In this document: positions 56,406 to 64,000 of the stretch, one piece after another
How the letters are laid out: every line of letters begins with the position of its first letter
Numbering within the stretch: the stretch's first letter is position 1
DNA from: a virus
Strand: one strand, 5' to 3'
Virus record (IMG/VR): IMGVR_UViG_3300032323_002843
Span: 23,909 to 87,908 of that record
DNA length: 64,000 nucleotides
Notes under the pieces: generated by a model
Seen by the model: only the letters and a program-made list of their open reading frames with translations
Database searches by the model: none
What the model was told of the DNA's origin: nothing
Translations under genes and position numbers: made by a program

Positions 56406-57065
56406 CTATCGACGAGCGCTTTTAGGGCGCCCGCGCTTCCCTCCAGTGCGTACTCTAGTGGCCGCCTTCTGGCTGACCCTCTGGGCGATCACCTCACTAG
56501 TGAGTGACGGACGTCCCCTCTTACCTGCGGGTTTGGGACCCACACTGGACAAAACCTTAGGGGTGGTTGACGCTGGACGTCCACGCTTACCTCCACTGCG
56601 CGTTGAGCGCTCAATTTTAGCTGCGTCTCTGGCTGCCTTAACTGCTGGATCCAGAGCTGGACGTCCCCTGCGGCCACCCTCTACTTTCACCTTCGGTGGC
56701 TTGCTCCCACGCTTCGCAGCACGTTCACGTGCCGCCTGAGCCTTCTCAGCTCGACGCAACATTTTATCCAATGTTTTCTTATGTTTAATAATCGCTGGGT
56801 GTAAACAAACCTGATCCATATCGTAGTTACGTACACCACCTCCCCCGTCACGTACCTCAAAACCACCGTTGGGAAAAAGCTTATGTTCACCTGGCGCCCA
56901 TTGGCGTATCAGATGGAACCATAAATTCTTCTCGTAAAAAAACGGTGCGGGTAAAACCCTATCGCCTGGCTTCATTACCATTAGCTCTGGCTCGATGTCG
57001 GTGTAGCTTAGGTATGTACCTAGTTTCGCACCACCCACTATAAAATCATTTTCTTTAACTTTCAT
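56406..57065 (-). CDS. Protein with four C-terminal AT-hooks
   Basis: RRGRP plus three KRGRP motifs. Confidence 0.75.
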   Translation of the reverse strand: MKVKENDFIVGGAKLGTYLSYTDIEPELMVMKPGDRVLPAPFFYEKNLWFHLIRQWAPGEHKLFPNGGFEVRDGGGGVRNYDMDQVCLHPAIIKHKKTLDKMLRRAEKAQAARERAAKRGSKPPKVKVEGGRRGRPALDPAVKAARDAAKIERSTRSGGKRGRPASTTPKVLSSVGPKPAGKRGRPSLTSEVIAQRVSQKAATRVRTGGKRGRPKSARR

Positions 57066-57076
57066 ATTTCTAATTG

Positions 57077-57325
57077 TATGACGTAAATCTAAGAAAAAAA
57101 CCTGGACAAAACAAAACTTACTTCAAAAAATTTTTAAATTTATCTTTAATATTATTAAAAAACAATATACCAAAAAAAATTACTAAAAACAATGAAAAAT
57201 ACCTCCAGATGATATTAAATGGGAAAATATCCTTAAACATAACGGTACAAAACCCTACTAAGAAAAAAACAATTTCAATAAATAAATTATAATCTGTCAT
57301 ATGACGTAAATCTAAGAAAAAAACC
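57077..57325 (-). repeat. 26-bp direct repeat (57077-57102 and 57300-57325) corresponding to tandem early promoters
   Basis: tatgacgtaaatctaagaaaaaaacc occurs twice; minus strand reads TTTG..n..TAGATTTACGT. Confidence 0.8.
57118..57300 (-). CDS. Small two-TM Phe/Ile-rich protein (start MTDYN)
   Basis: Lies between the two promoter repeats. Confidence 0.4.
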   Translation of the reverse strand: MTDYNLFIEIVFFLVGFCTVMFKDIFPFNIIWRYFSLFLVIFFGILFFNNIKDKFKNFLK

Positions 57326-57725
57326 CCGCCACGGCAAAAAAAAAACAAAAAAACAAAAAAAATTGGTTGAAAGTTACGAAAAAATTTTGACTAAGCCAAA
57401 AAAAATTTTACTACAAAAATTAGTACTACAAAATGTAGTTAATACTAAAAAAAGTAGTTTATTGGTAATCAATAAATAGTTGGTGTTTGTCGATAAAAAA
57501 GATGTGTTTGAGCAGAAAAAAAGTGGAATGGGTCGCATCACCACTCTACCCCCACTCAACCATCGTTCCACATACTATATAACTAAAGACAGTAGTTAGT
57601 AAAAAACTACCGTGTGTAGTTATCCTACGTTATGTAGTTTTCCACCCATTGTAATAAAAAACCTACGTTTGTTAGTACAAAAAAGGCGCATTATCTAGCG
57701 CAAAAATGCGCTAAAAAGCGCACGT

Positions 57726-57962
57726 TTACTTGATAATTTGTTCATATGTTCTCCAAATAACAGTACCATAAGGCGCATTATCCACAGGCATTGCCAACAT
57801 ACAATTACCATCCATGTTACCTACAGCCGCGAAGCCATATCCCTCACATATCCAGTTCTCATACGTACCGTCTTTTAATTTACCAAACACCTCCAATATA
57901 TCGAAATCACTCGGCATATCAGGGTCGTTTGCGTCGCACCATTGTTTACTAAAGTCTGCCAC
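57726..57962 (-). CDS. Small conserved protein (MADFSKQ...ICEG.G)
   Basis: Intact ORF. Confidence 0.65.
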   Translation of the reverse strand: MADFSKQWCDANDPDMPSDFDILEVFGKLKDGTYENWICEGYGFAAVGNMDGNCMLAMPVDNAPYGTVIWRTYEQIIK

Positions 57963-57965
57963 TGT

Positions 57966-58268
57966 CTATCGTTTTTTATTATTATAATATTTTTCGTATA
58001 ATTCTTCTTCCTTTTTAGCACAATCATTACATTGAACTCCTCTACCTATTGTGTTTAATAATTGCTCGTATGTAGTTAAACCATCTAATTCCTTCATTTC
58101 ATCATCTGTTAGATCGGTTCGCTCTAAATTCACCCACCAATTGGCTCTACCCCATTTATCAATTAATGCTTCGGCTTCGGGAATTGGGATTGTCATTGAG
58201 ATAAATCCATAATAACAATCCGCTTTATCCTCACCGCAATGGTGACATCTATCTATTTTACTTTCCAT
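57966..58268 (-). CDS. Zinc-finger protein
   Basis: CHHC...CNDC. Confidence 0.6.
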   Translation of the reverse strand: MESKIDRCHHCGEDKADCYYGFISMTIPIPEAEALIDKWGRANWWVNLERTDLTDDEMKELDGLTTYEQLLNTIGRGVQCNDCAKKEEELYEKYYNNKKR

Positions 58269-58286
58269 ATACTAAGATATAATATG

Positions 58287-58715
58287 TTATTTGTTTTTTG
58301 GTTTGTAGTACTTACGTTTATTACGTTTCTTTTCTCCCACACGTTCGTTACCCTGGATATTATTATAATAATCTTCCTTTCCACGTTCTTCTTCCCATTG
58401 CCTTAATTGTTCTGCTTGTAATATTTCCAATGGTACTTGTTCACTATCATCAATCGGTTGAGCATCATTATAGTGCAATCCCTCATTTCCGTTCTGTCCT
58501 ATAATGTCCATCCTACGTTCTGCTTCTTCGGCGTCCCAACTTGCTGCATCGTGTCCTCGGCAAGGCGCTACTAATTTATTGTATTGCGCTGCTGCTTCCT
58601 TTAGCGCATCGTTTGGTTCCGGCCATTCATCTCCGTCGTATGCGTGTAACGCTGCTATTACTTCGTCTAACTTCGTTTCGATGCGTGTTAGTGTTTCTAT
58701 TATTCTATCCTTCAT
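58287..58715 (-). CDS. Hypothetical protein
   Basis: RRMDIIGQNGNEGLHY module; basic tail. Confidence 0.6.
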   Translation of the reverse strand: MKDRIIETLTRIETKLDEVIAALHAYDGDEWPEPNDALKEAAAQYNKLVAPCRGHDAASWDAEEAERRMDIIGQNGNEGLHYNDAQPIDDSEQVPLEILQAEQLRQWEEERGKEDYYNNIQGNERVGEKKRNKRKYYKPKNK

Positions 58716-58719
58716 TTAT

Positions 58720-58965
58720 TTATAGTTTTAAATACCATTTACTAATCATGTATAGTCCCTTAAATAATCCAACTGCGATTAATACTGGTACTATCATGAA
58801 CCACATTGTTGCGAATCCGAAATATGCCTCTTCATTACTCTCCCAATCGCCATAGTTGGCATATGTTTTTTCATTATCATAATCGAATCCGATTCGTTTT
58901 CCAAAGTATTTGAAGAACGTTAACGTTATTAAGAATCCAAGTGGGTATATTAGCATTAGTATCAT
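58720..58965 (-). CDS. Small two-TM protein
   Basis: Two hydrophobic helices. Confidence 0.6.
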   Translation of the reverse strand: MILMLIYPLGFLITLTFFKYFGKRIGFDYDNEKTYANYGDWESNEEAYFGFATMWFMIVPVLIAVGLFKGLYMISKWYLKL

Positions 58966-58976
58966 CTATCCTTAAT

Positions 58977-59225
58977 TTATGCTGAGTGTATTATTGTTTT
59001 AACGGGTATGTTTTCTGCCTTTTGTTCATCTATGAACTTTATTGCTGCATCTTTACTCTGAAACCAAACGTTTTCGTCTTTATATTTAGAATCATTATAG
59101 AACGTCCACGGATCTATACTTTGATTTAAAGTATGAGGGTCTATTACTTGTGGGTACCATCTTCTCGTTTCGTATTTCGTACCTTCTCTATATATTTTCT
59201 CTAATATTCTATATTGCTTACTCAT
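58977..59225 (-). CDS. Small hypothetical protein
   Basis: YRI...YPQV...AIKFI. Confidence 0.6.
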   Translation of the reverse strand: MSKQYRILEKIYREGTKYETRRWYPQVIDPHTLNQSIDPWTFYNDSKYKDENVWFQSKDAAIKFIDEQKAENIPVKTIIHSA

Positions 59226-59382
59226 CTATCTACATTTTAATCGTTTAACTACATTCATCGCCTTAACGCTAATGTTTAAGCGTTGCCATCCCAATCTTGA
59301 TACTGTAACGTATGTTTTCATATTGAATCGTATATACGGATATTTGGATGTGGTGTGTGATCCATAAAGCTTAAGCTGAATT

Positions 59383-59511
59383 TTATGGTACTATTTTATG
59401 TTTCTTGAGTATTTTCATTATCATATTCTTAGTCTCAATTGCGCCTACTAGTCTACCTAATAGGAATGCTGTTATGTAACTACTTATAATGAATATTGTA
59501 TAGTTGCTCAT
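59383..59511 (-). CDS. Small TM peptide, 42 aa (not in the ORF track)
   Basis: MSNYTIFIISSYITAFLLGRLVGAIETKNMIMKILKKHKIVP. Confidence 0.45.
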   Translation of the reverse strand: MSNYTIFIISSYITAFLLGRLVGAIETKNMIMKILKKHKIVP

Positions 59512-59512
59512 A

Positions 59513-59773
59513 TTAGTCTACTTTGATTATTGCTTGGTTAACTGTTGCTTTACCTTGTTTTGTTTGATAGTTGAGTATAGTAGGCATTGCGTCGCTACTG
59601 TCTTTAGGGTACATTATCCAAATAGGATATGCACCATCCGATGGAACTACTCGCATTAATTTATAGATTTTACCATGTATGACTATAAAGTCAGCTGGTT
59701 GTTCACGTACTTCACCTCGTTCACTACATGATGTTAATGTTAATACTGCTAATACTGTTAATATTCGTTTCAT
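59513..59773 (-). CDS. Small lipoprotein
   Basis: Lipobox LTSC. Confidence 0.65.
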   Translation of the reverse strand: MKRILTVLAVLTLTSCSERGEVREQPADFIVIHGKIYKLMRVVPSDGAYPIWIMYPKDSSDAMPTILNYQTKQGKATVNQAIIKVD

Positions 59774-59774
59774 A

Positions 59775-60035
59775 TTATAATTTTTGTATTTGTTCCATTA
59801 ATTTAGTTACTTCATTTTCGCTTAAGTATCCTTCAACATCGTCCGTTACAGGCGTATCATAGCATAATTTACCGTCTTTATCTAATACTGCTAATTCATA
59901 TAATCCATCTTTACCACCATATGTGTATTCGCCTTTAACTACGCTTGCTCCGTATCCATTTTCAAACATGATACGGCTCATAACGCCATTCATGGTGATG
60001 TGTGGTTTGAATTCTAGATCGTTAAATGTTTTCAT
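59775..60035 (-). CDS. Conserved small phage protein
   Basis: FENGYGASVV...SYGG-like TYGG..GLYELAVL...DVEGYL. Confidence 0.7.
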   Translation of the reverse strand: MKTFNDLEFKPHITMNGVMSRIMFENGYGASVVKGEYTYGGKDGLYELAVLDKDGKLCYDTPVTDDVEGYLSENEVTKLMEQIQKL

Positions 60036-60175
60036 GTTAATTTATTTAATATTTCTTCATGTATTTTACTCATTAACTTATCGATCGTTTCATTTTCGAT
60101 CATTTTGGGTTCCACTGCACGTACCTTATTTAGGCAGTAATACAGGTCATTTAATTCGGCTAATGTAAATTCCAT
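60032..60175 (-). CDS. Small protein, 47 aa (not in the ORF track)
   Basis: MEFTLAELNDLYYCLNK...; promoter motif at 60192-60204; ATGA overlap with the next gene. Confidence 0.55.
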   Translation of the reverse strand: MEFTLAELNDLYYCLNKVRAVEPKMIENETIDKLMSKIHEEILNKLT

Positions 60176-60199
60176 ATGTTTTAATTTTATAACGTGAAT

Positions 60200-61078
60200 C
60201 TACGCTGTTTGCTCTGCCTCACTAACGTATCTATTATAACGAGCCGTTTCATCAGCGTCTCGTCTCGCTTTATTGGTTGTTTCCCAGGCATATACGCTTT
60301 CAATGAATGAGTCGAAGTAGTCATGTTTAACATCAATGTCACTCCATCTTTCATCGCCTACTCGTTTAACTCGTAATGCTATTTTATTATATTTGGCAGG
60401 TCCAACTACTCTGTAGGCGTTTACATTTGTGTAATCCCATTTACCACGTCCTGTGTCTAATACGAATGAATTTGGCATTTCTGTTAATTCATATTGATTA
60501 GTTTCGTAGTTCATCTTACAATGTAGGTAAGGTGATATGGTATGTTCGAATCCTGCTGCTTTATAAGTTTCACGTTTAGATACATGGATATCTCGTTTAA
60601 CTGCGTTTATTTCATGTTCTAATGTGCGTAGTTCGCTAATTAGTTCATAGTGTGGTTTGTAAATCGCTTTATATGCTGGTTTCCACTCTTCTCTTATGTT
60701 TGAAGTGATTAGATTAATATGTTGTGCTATTTTACCTAGTGTAGTTAAATAATATATGTTATTCTTATCTATTTTACTATGACTACTTCTATAATCAATT
60801 TCATAGTAATTATTTTCATCATCTCTATAGGTGTAATGTTTTCTAATGTTGATTGTACTAGGCCAGTTACCATCGTTTGTTGGAACGATTTCTAATGTAT
60901 CGTCTTTAAGTTTGATACTATACGGACTCATATTTAGAACGCTACTGAACCAATCGCTGATAGTTTTGTTTAGTCCCTCTAATGCGGGTTCATATACTGT
61001 TGATTCGTACTGTATTAACTCGTTTTGCTTAACTGCAAATTGTGATGCAAGAGCATCTAAGATGATTTGTTTACTCAT
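60200..61078 (-). CDS. Early hypothetical protein
   Basis: 292 aa; promoter motif at 61099-61111. Confidence 0.7.
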   Translation of the reverse strand: MSKQIILDALASQFAVKQNELIQYESTVYEPALEGLNKTISDWFSSVLNMSPYSIKLKDDTLEIVPTNDGNWPSTINIRKHYTYRDDENNYYEIDYRSSHSKIDKNNIYYLTTLGKIAQHINLITSNIREEWKPAYKAIYKPHYELISELRTLEHEINAVKRDIHVSKRETYKAAGFEHTISPYLHCKMNYETNQYELTEMPNSFVLDTGRGKWDYTNVNAYRVVGPAKYNKIALRVKRVGDERWSDIDVKHDYFDSFIESVYAWETTNKARRDADETARYNRYVSEAEQTA

Positions 61079-61115
61079 AACCTTTAATTATTTGTGTAAC
61101 GTGAATATACGATCA

Positions 61116-61361
61116 TTATTCTGCCTGACCCACTCTAAACTCAATTTGGTCATCGTCTGCATCAACGACTTGCATCGTCATGTTAGCGTTTTCCATTAGT
61201 AGTGTTAGGTAGTTCAATGCTTCGTCTTCGTTTTCGAAATGTGCTCCATTTGGATCTAATATCTCAACTTCGTCTCCATCGAATACGAACTCGCATTTCT
61301 TAACTCCATCAAACGACATTGTTAACGTTTGATACGCTGTATTATTTATTGTTACTTTCAT
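61116..61361 (-). CDS. Small acidic protein
   Basis: Intact ORF. Confidence 0.55.
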   Translation of the reverse strand: MKVTINNTAYQTLTMSFDGVKKCEFVFDGDEVEILDPNGAHFENEDEALNYLTLLMENANMTMQVVDADDDQIEFRVGQAE

Positions 61362-61379
61362 AACATTAAGGTATAACCA

Positions 61380-61925
61380 TTACTCTGCCAAGTACAATCG
61401 ATTGTGATTGTATAGTGCAACGGGATTATCTTCGGTTAGTAATCCATAATTTTCCTTAACATGCTCATATATAGCGCTTAATGGCTCATTAATTACTTCA
61501 CCTAATAACTGAGCGAAGTAGTTGTTTGATGTTGTTACTGTTTCTTGTGGTGTACCTGGTAATCCACAGTAATGTGCTTCGCCTACTTCACTAATGAACA
61601 TACCACTATAGAAACCATATAGTTCATGTCTATTCATGAATTGATCTGCATTACACCATATTGAGATACATTCAACGTTCTTTAATACGTCTACCATTGT
61701 TGAATCAATTATGTAACCATTATTGCCTATGAATTGACCTACACTGAATAGACCAAATGGTGAACCATGACCTAACATTATGATTCGGTCGTGTTGAACC
61801 ATTAGTTCTTTAACTTGATCCTTAGTTGCTCCACCATTTAAAATGATAGCATCGCTTATATTCTCGTATATCGGTTTTAGGAAATCCGTACTACGATCAG
61901 CAGGGTGTATAATTAAATTTTTCAT
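61380..61925 (-). CDS. Hypothetical protein with caspase/CHAT-like GHG and Cys motifs (start MKNLII)
   Basis: IMLGHGSP...ISIWCNA. Confidence 0.55.
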   Translation of the reverse strand: MKNLIIHPADRSTDFLKPIYENISDAIILNGGATKDQVKELMVQHDRIIMLGHGSPFGLFSVGQFIGNNGYIIDSTMVDVLKNVECISIWCNADQFMNRHELYGFYSGMFISEVGEAHYCGLPGTPQETVTTSNNYFAQLLGEVINEPLSAIYEHVKENYGLLTEDNPVALYNHNRLYLAE

Positions 61926-61979
61926 AACATAAAGATAGGGCACTTATTGTGCCCTACCTAATTTACTTAACTTTAAATA

Positions 61980-62252
61980 CTAATTTTCGTCTAAATCTTC
62001 AAAACTTGACATTACTTCGTCTTGTTTCTCACTAATAATACCACCTAAATTATTAAATGCATTAACGACATCGCTACAAGCGTCTCCTACTGCTTTACCA
62101 ATTTCAAATAAATTATCATCACCATCAATGTCATTTAATGTGTCTGAAGCATTATCTAACATGCTGTGGATGTTGATTAACTTTATGAACTGTTCTTTAG
62201 TTAATGTGATTAATTTTTCTTCTTGTGCTGTTGTTGTTTTTGCTTTACTCAT
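61980..62252 (-). CDS. Small acidic helical protein
   Basis: Intact ORF. Confidence 0.55.
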   Translation of the reverse strand: MSKAKTTTAQEEKLITLTKEQFIKLINIHSMLDNASDTLNDIDGDDNLFEIGKAVGDACSDVVNAFNNLGGIISEKQDEVMSSFEDLDEN

Positions 62253-62275
62253 AACTTATATTTTATTATTTGATT

Positions 62276-62515
62276 TTAATTACAATCTTCGTTTAACATT
62301 GAGTTAACCTGATCTATTGTTAGTAATTCACCTTTCTCAGCTTGTTCAATTAACTCAACCATATTAGCCCACAACATATTCTTGTCTTCGGCTAAGTAGT
62401 TATTTAGTATCATTTCAACTAGTGTCTCAGTATCATCTCTAAATAATACTACTAATTGTTCATGAATACCTTTAATTTGTTCATCTGTTAAGACGCGTTC
62501 CTTATTTCTTGACAT
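62276..62515 (-). CDS. Small protein (start MSRNK)
   Basis: Promoter motif at 62532-62544. Confidence 0.55.
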   Translation of the reverse strand: MSRNKERVLTDEQIKGIHEQLVVLFRDDTETLVEMILNNYLAEDKNMLWANMVELIEQAEKGELLTIDQVNSMLNEDCN

Positions 62516-62560
62516 AACTTTTATTTTTATAACGTGAATATATGAACCTAACTCTGACAA

Positions 62561-62773
62561 TTAGTAGTCGTCTTCATTATCCCAATTACTACCAAATCCA
62601 TCTTTATCTTCATCATCATAGTACATAAACTCATCAATTTCATCTAATTCCTCATAGTAGCTTTCTAATGTGTCAATGAAATCTTCCAAATCGAAGTTTT
62701 CAGGTGCACCACGTTCATTAAGTGTGTTAATTGATACTGTAATTAATTCACTGAGAATGTCTTTAATTTCCAT
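62561..62773 (-). CDS. Highly acidic small protein (start MEIKD)
   Basis: D/E-rich with aromatic residues. Confidence 0.55.
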   Translation of the reverse strand: MEIKDILSELITVSINTLNERGAPENFDLEDFIDTLESYYEELDEIDEFMYYDDEDKDGFGSNWDNEDDY

Positions 62774-63200
62774 TTTGTTTCTTTTTACTATAAATATAAT
62801 GATAGAATTCAAGCAACGTACCATCGAAATTGAACATTTCGTCCTCAACTTCGTCTTGCTTCATTCTAAATGCTAGCCAGAAGTCTTTATACATTGCCTC
62901 TAGTATTTTGGCTTCGTCTTTTTCAAAGTCATTCATTAATCTACGTCTACGCTCTCCAAATAAACATCTTGCTTCGTGTTGTTTACCTACATCAGTTATT
63001 TTAGATAATGATTCCTGTTCTAATTCATTCTCCCATAACATCCACCAATGGTAATCACTTGGTTCGTAATCACCATTTACTATTTTATCTTTAAGTGGCT
63101 GATACTTATGAAGTGTTTCTCTACCTTTGAAACGCCTCCACCAATAATACGGATTGTATTTTGTTGGGGTGTATGTTTCAATTTTATCTTTTAGTTCCAT
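62763..63200 (-). CDS. Conserved hypothetical protein
   Basis: YNPYYWWRRF...KIVNGDY. Confidence 0.65.
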   Translation of the reverse strand: MELKDKIETYTPTKYNPYYWWRRFKGRETLHKYQPLKDKIVNGDYEPSDYHWWMLWENELEQESLSKITDVGKQHEARCLFGERRRRLMNDFEKDEAKILEAMYKDFWLAFRMKQDEVEDEMFNFDGTLLEFYHYIYSKKKQNGN

Positions 63201-63547
63201 CCGTTATCAGCTTTTACTTGTTTAATGTGTTTACATCCACTATTACCTGACCAGCCAAATGCAGGGCAAGTACAGCTCCATCTATCATCTTCATTTTTAA
63301 CTGTGTACTTCTTACCTTTACTACCATCAACTTCCTGTTCAAATGTGTTTTTGAACGCTTCGTTTTTAGAGTTTTTATACTCTTTCTTGAAATGTATGAT
63401 GTGTTTTTGGCCTAAATGGAATGGTATTTCAGTCCACTTACCGTCTGCAATAACATAACGCTTATCTGGTTCTTGTATTGAGTTAAATACAATTGGTGGA
63501 ATGTAACTATGGACAATTATCTTGTCGCCTCCTACTATTACTGACAT
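63191..63547 (-). CDS. SWIM zinc-finger protein
   Basis: GSKGKKYTV...WSCTCPAF...CKHI. Confidence 0.8.
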   Translation of the reverse strand: MSVIVGGDKIIVHSYIPPIVFNSIQEPDKRYVIADGKWTEIPFHLGQKHIIHFKKEYKNSKNEAFKNTFEQEVDGSKGKKYTVKNEDDRWSCTCPAFGWSGNSGCKHIKQVKADNGWN

Positions 63548-63577
63548 AACCTTTAATTTTATAACGTCAATGTACGC

Positions 63578-63877
63578 TTAGTACTTTGCCTTCCAAAGCT
63601 GGTACCATTTGCGTTTTGGTCTCGGTTTGCATACTGAGAATGGGTTATCACCAAATGATGCTTTGTTACTATATTTAGACGTTAACATGTTTAAGAATAC
63701 TTCATGGTATTCTGGAGGTATAGTGTTAAAGTCTGCTTCGATTTTAACGTTTAGTTCAAGTGGGTCTTTGGCTCCATTAATTAATACTAGTGTTTCGTTA
63801 ATTGATACTAGTTGTGACGTTTGAACGCTTAGATGTGAGCCGAATCCTAAATGTATTTCGCTTTTATTTTCGTTCAT
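63578..63877 (-). CDS. Hypothetical protein
   Basis: Ends KRKWYQLWK. Confidence 0.6.
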   Translation of the reverse strand: MNENKSEIHLGFGSHLSVQTSQLVSINETLVLINGAKDPLELNVKIEADFNTIPPEYHEVFLNMLTSKYSNKASFGDNPFSVCKPRPKRKWYQLWKAKY

Positions 63878-64000
63878 TTTTAACTATTTCAATTAATTTT
63901 TTAAGACAAGCAAGTTCTGCTTCTTCGTAGGTATCAAATCTTCTTAAATCATTTATAGAATAACCATTTTCATAATGCATTATGCTTATAAATAAATCAT
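63864..64000 (-). CDS. Partial CDS (3' end)
   Basis: ...FDTYEEAELACLKKLIEIVKNERK stop. Confidence 0.55.
   Translation of the reverse strand, partial: DLFISIMHYENGYSINDLRRFDTYEEAELACLKKLIEIVKNERK

Larger units (their letters stand above)
53556..63576 (-). promoter_or_regulatory. Dispersed early promoters, (CG)TAnATT(T/C)ACG, similar to the Bacteroidota -7 box TAnnTTTG, some with upstream TTTG
   Basis: Copies at about 53556, 53816, 54087, 55519, 57081, 57304, 60192, 61099, 62532, 63564. Confidence 0.7.

Noticed and set aside
57118-57300. Second base-depleted gene
   Set aside because: The sense strand still has about 10 C; explained by Phe/Ile-rich composition
57374-57571. 65-aa ORF in the A-tract region
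   Set aside because: Low-complexity by-product of A-runs with no plausible leader
1-64000. Alternative genetic code or stop-codon reassignment
   Set aside because: Core genes are full-length and tightly packed under the standard bacterial code
1-64000. tRNA genes, introns or inteins in terminase, portal or primase
   Set aside because: No cloverleaf recognised by eye and the proteins have normal lengths; a tRNAscan run would be needed to be sure

Overview
A 64-kb, AT-rich fragment of a large T4-like myovirus genome. Essentially all real genes are on the minus strand. The host is most likely a Bacteroidota, based on TAnnTT(T/C) promoter boxes, A-rich leaders without Shine-Dalgarno sequences, a Bacteroidota-type lipoprotein/TonB-receptor pair and D-S/T-hydrophobic sequons. 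Left to right: (1) head module (major capsid, scaffold, prohead protease, portal, terminase); (2) a ~16-kb block of probable head-packaged proteins sharing N-terminal tags, mixed with nucleotide-metabolism enzymes; (3) TonB-dependent receptor plus lipoprotein; (4) exonuclease and primase; (5) three glycosyltransferases beside a mucin-like Thr-rich virion protein; (6) tail/baseplate genes, a GH19 endolysin and a gp55-like sigma factor; (7) from ~52.8 kb, an early region of small genes. The most striking signal is a 488-nt tract (54438-54925) with no G on the + strand. It contains an intact 123-aa gene whose predicted transcript has no cytosine. All family calls come from motif recognition by eye; no database searches were run.
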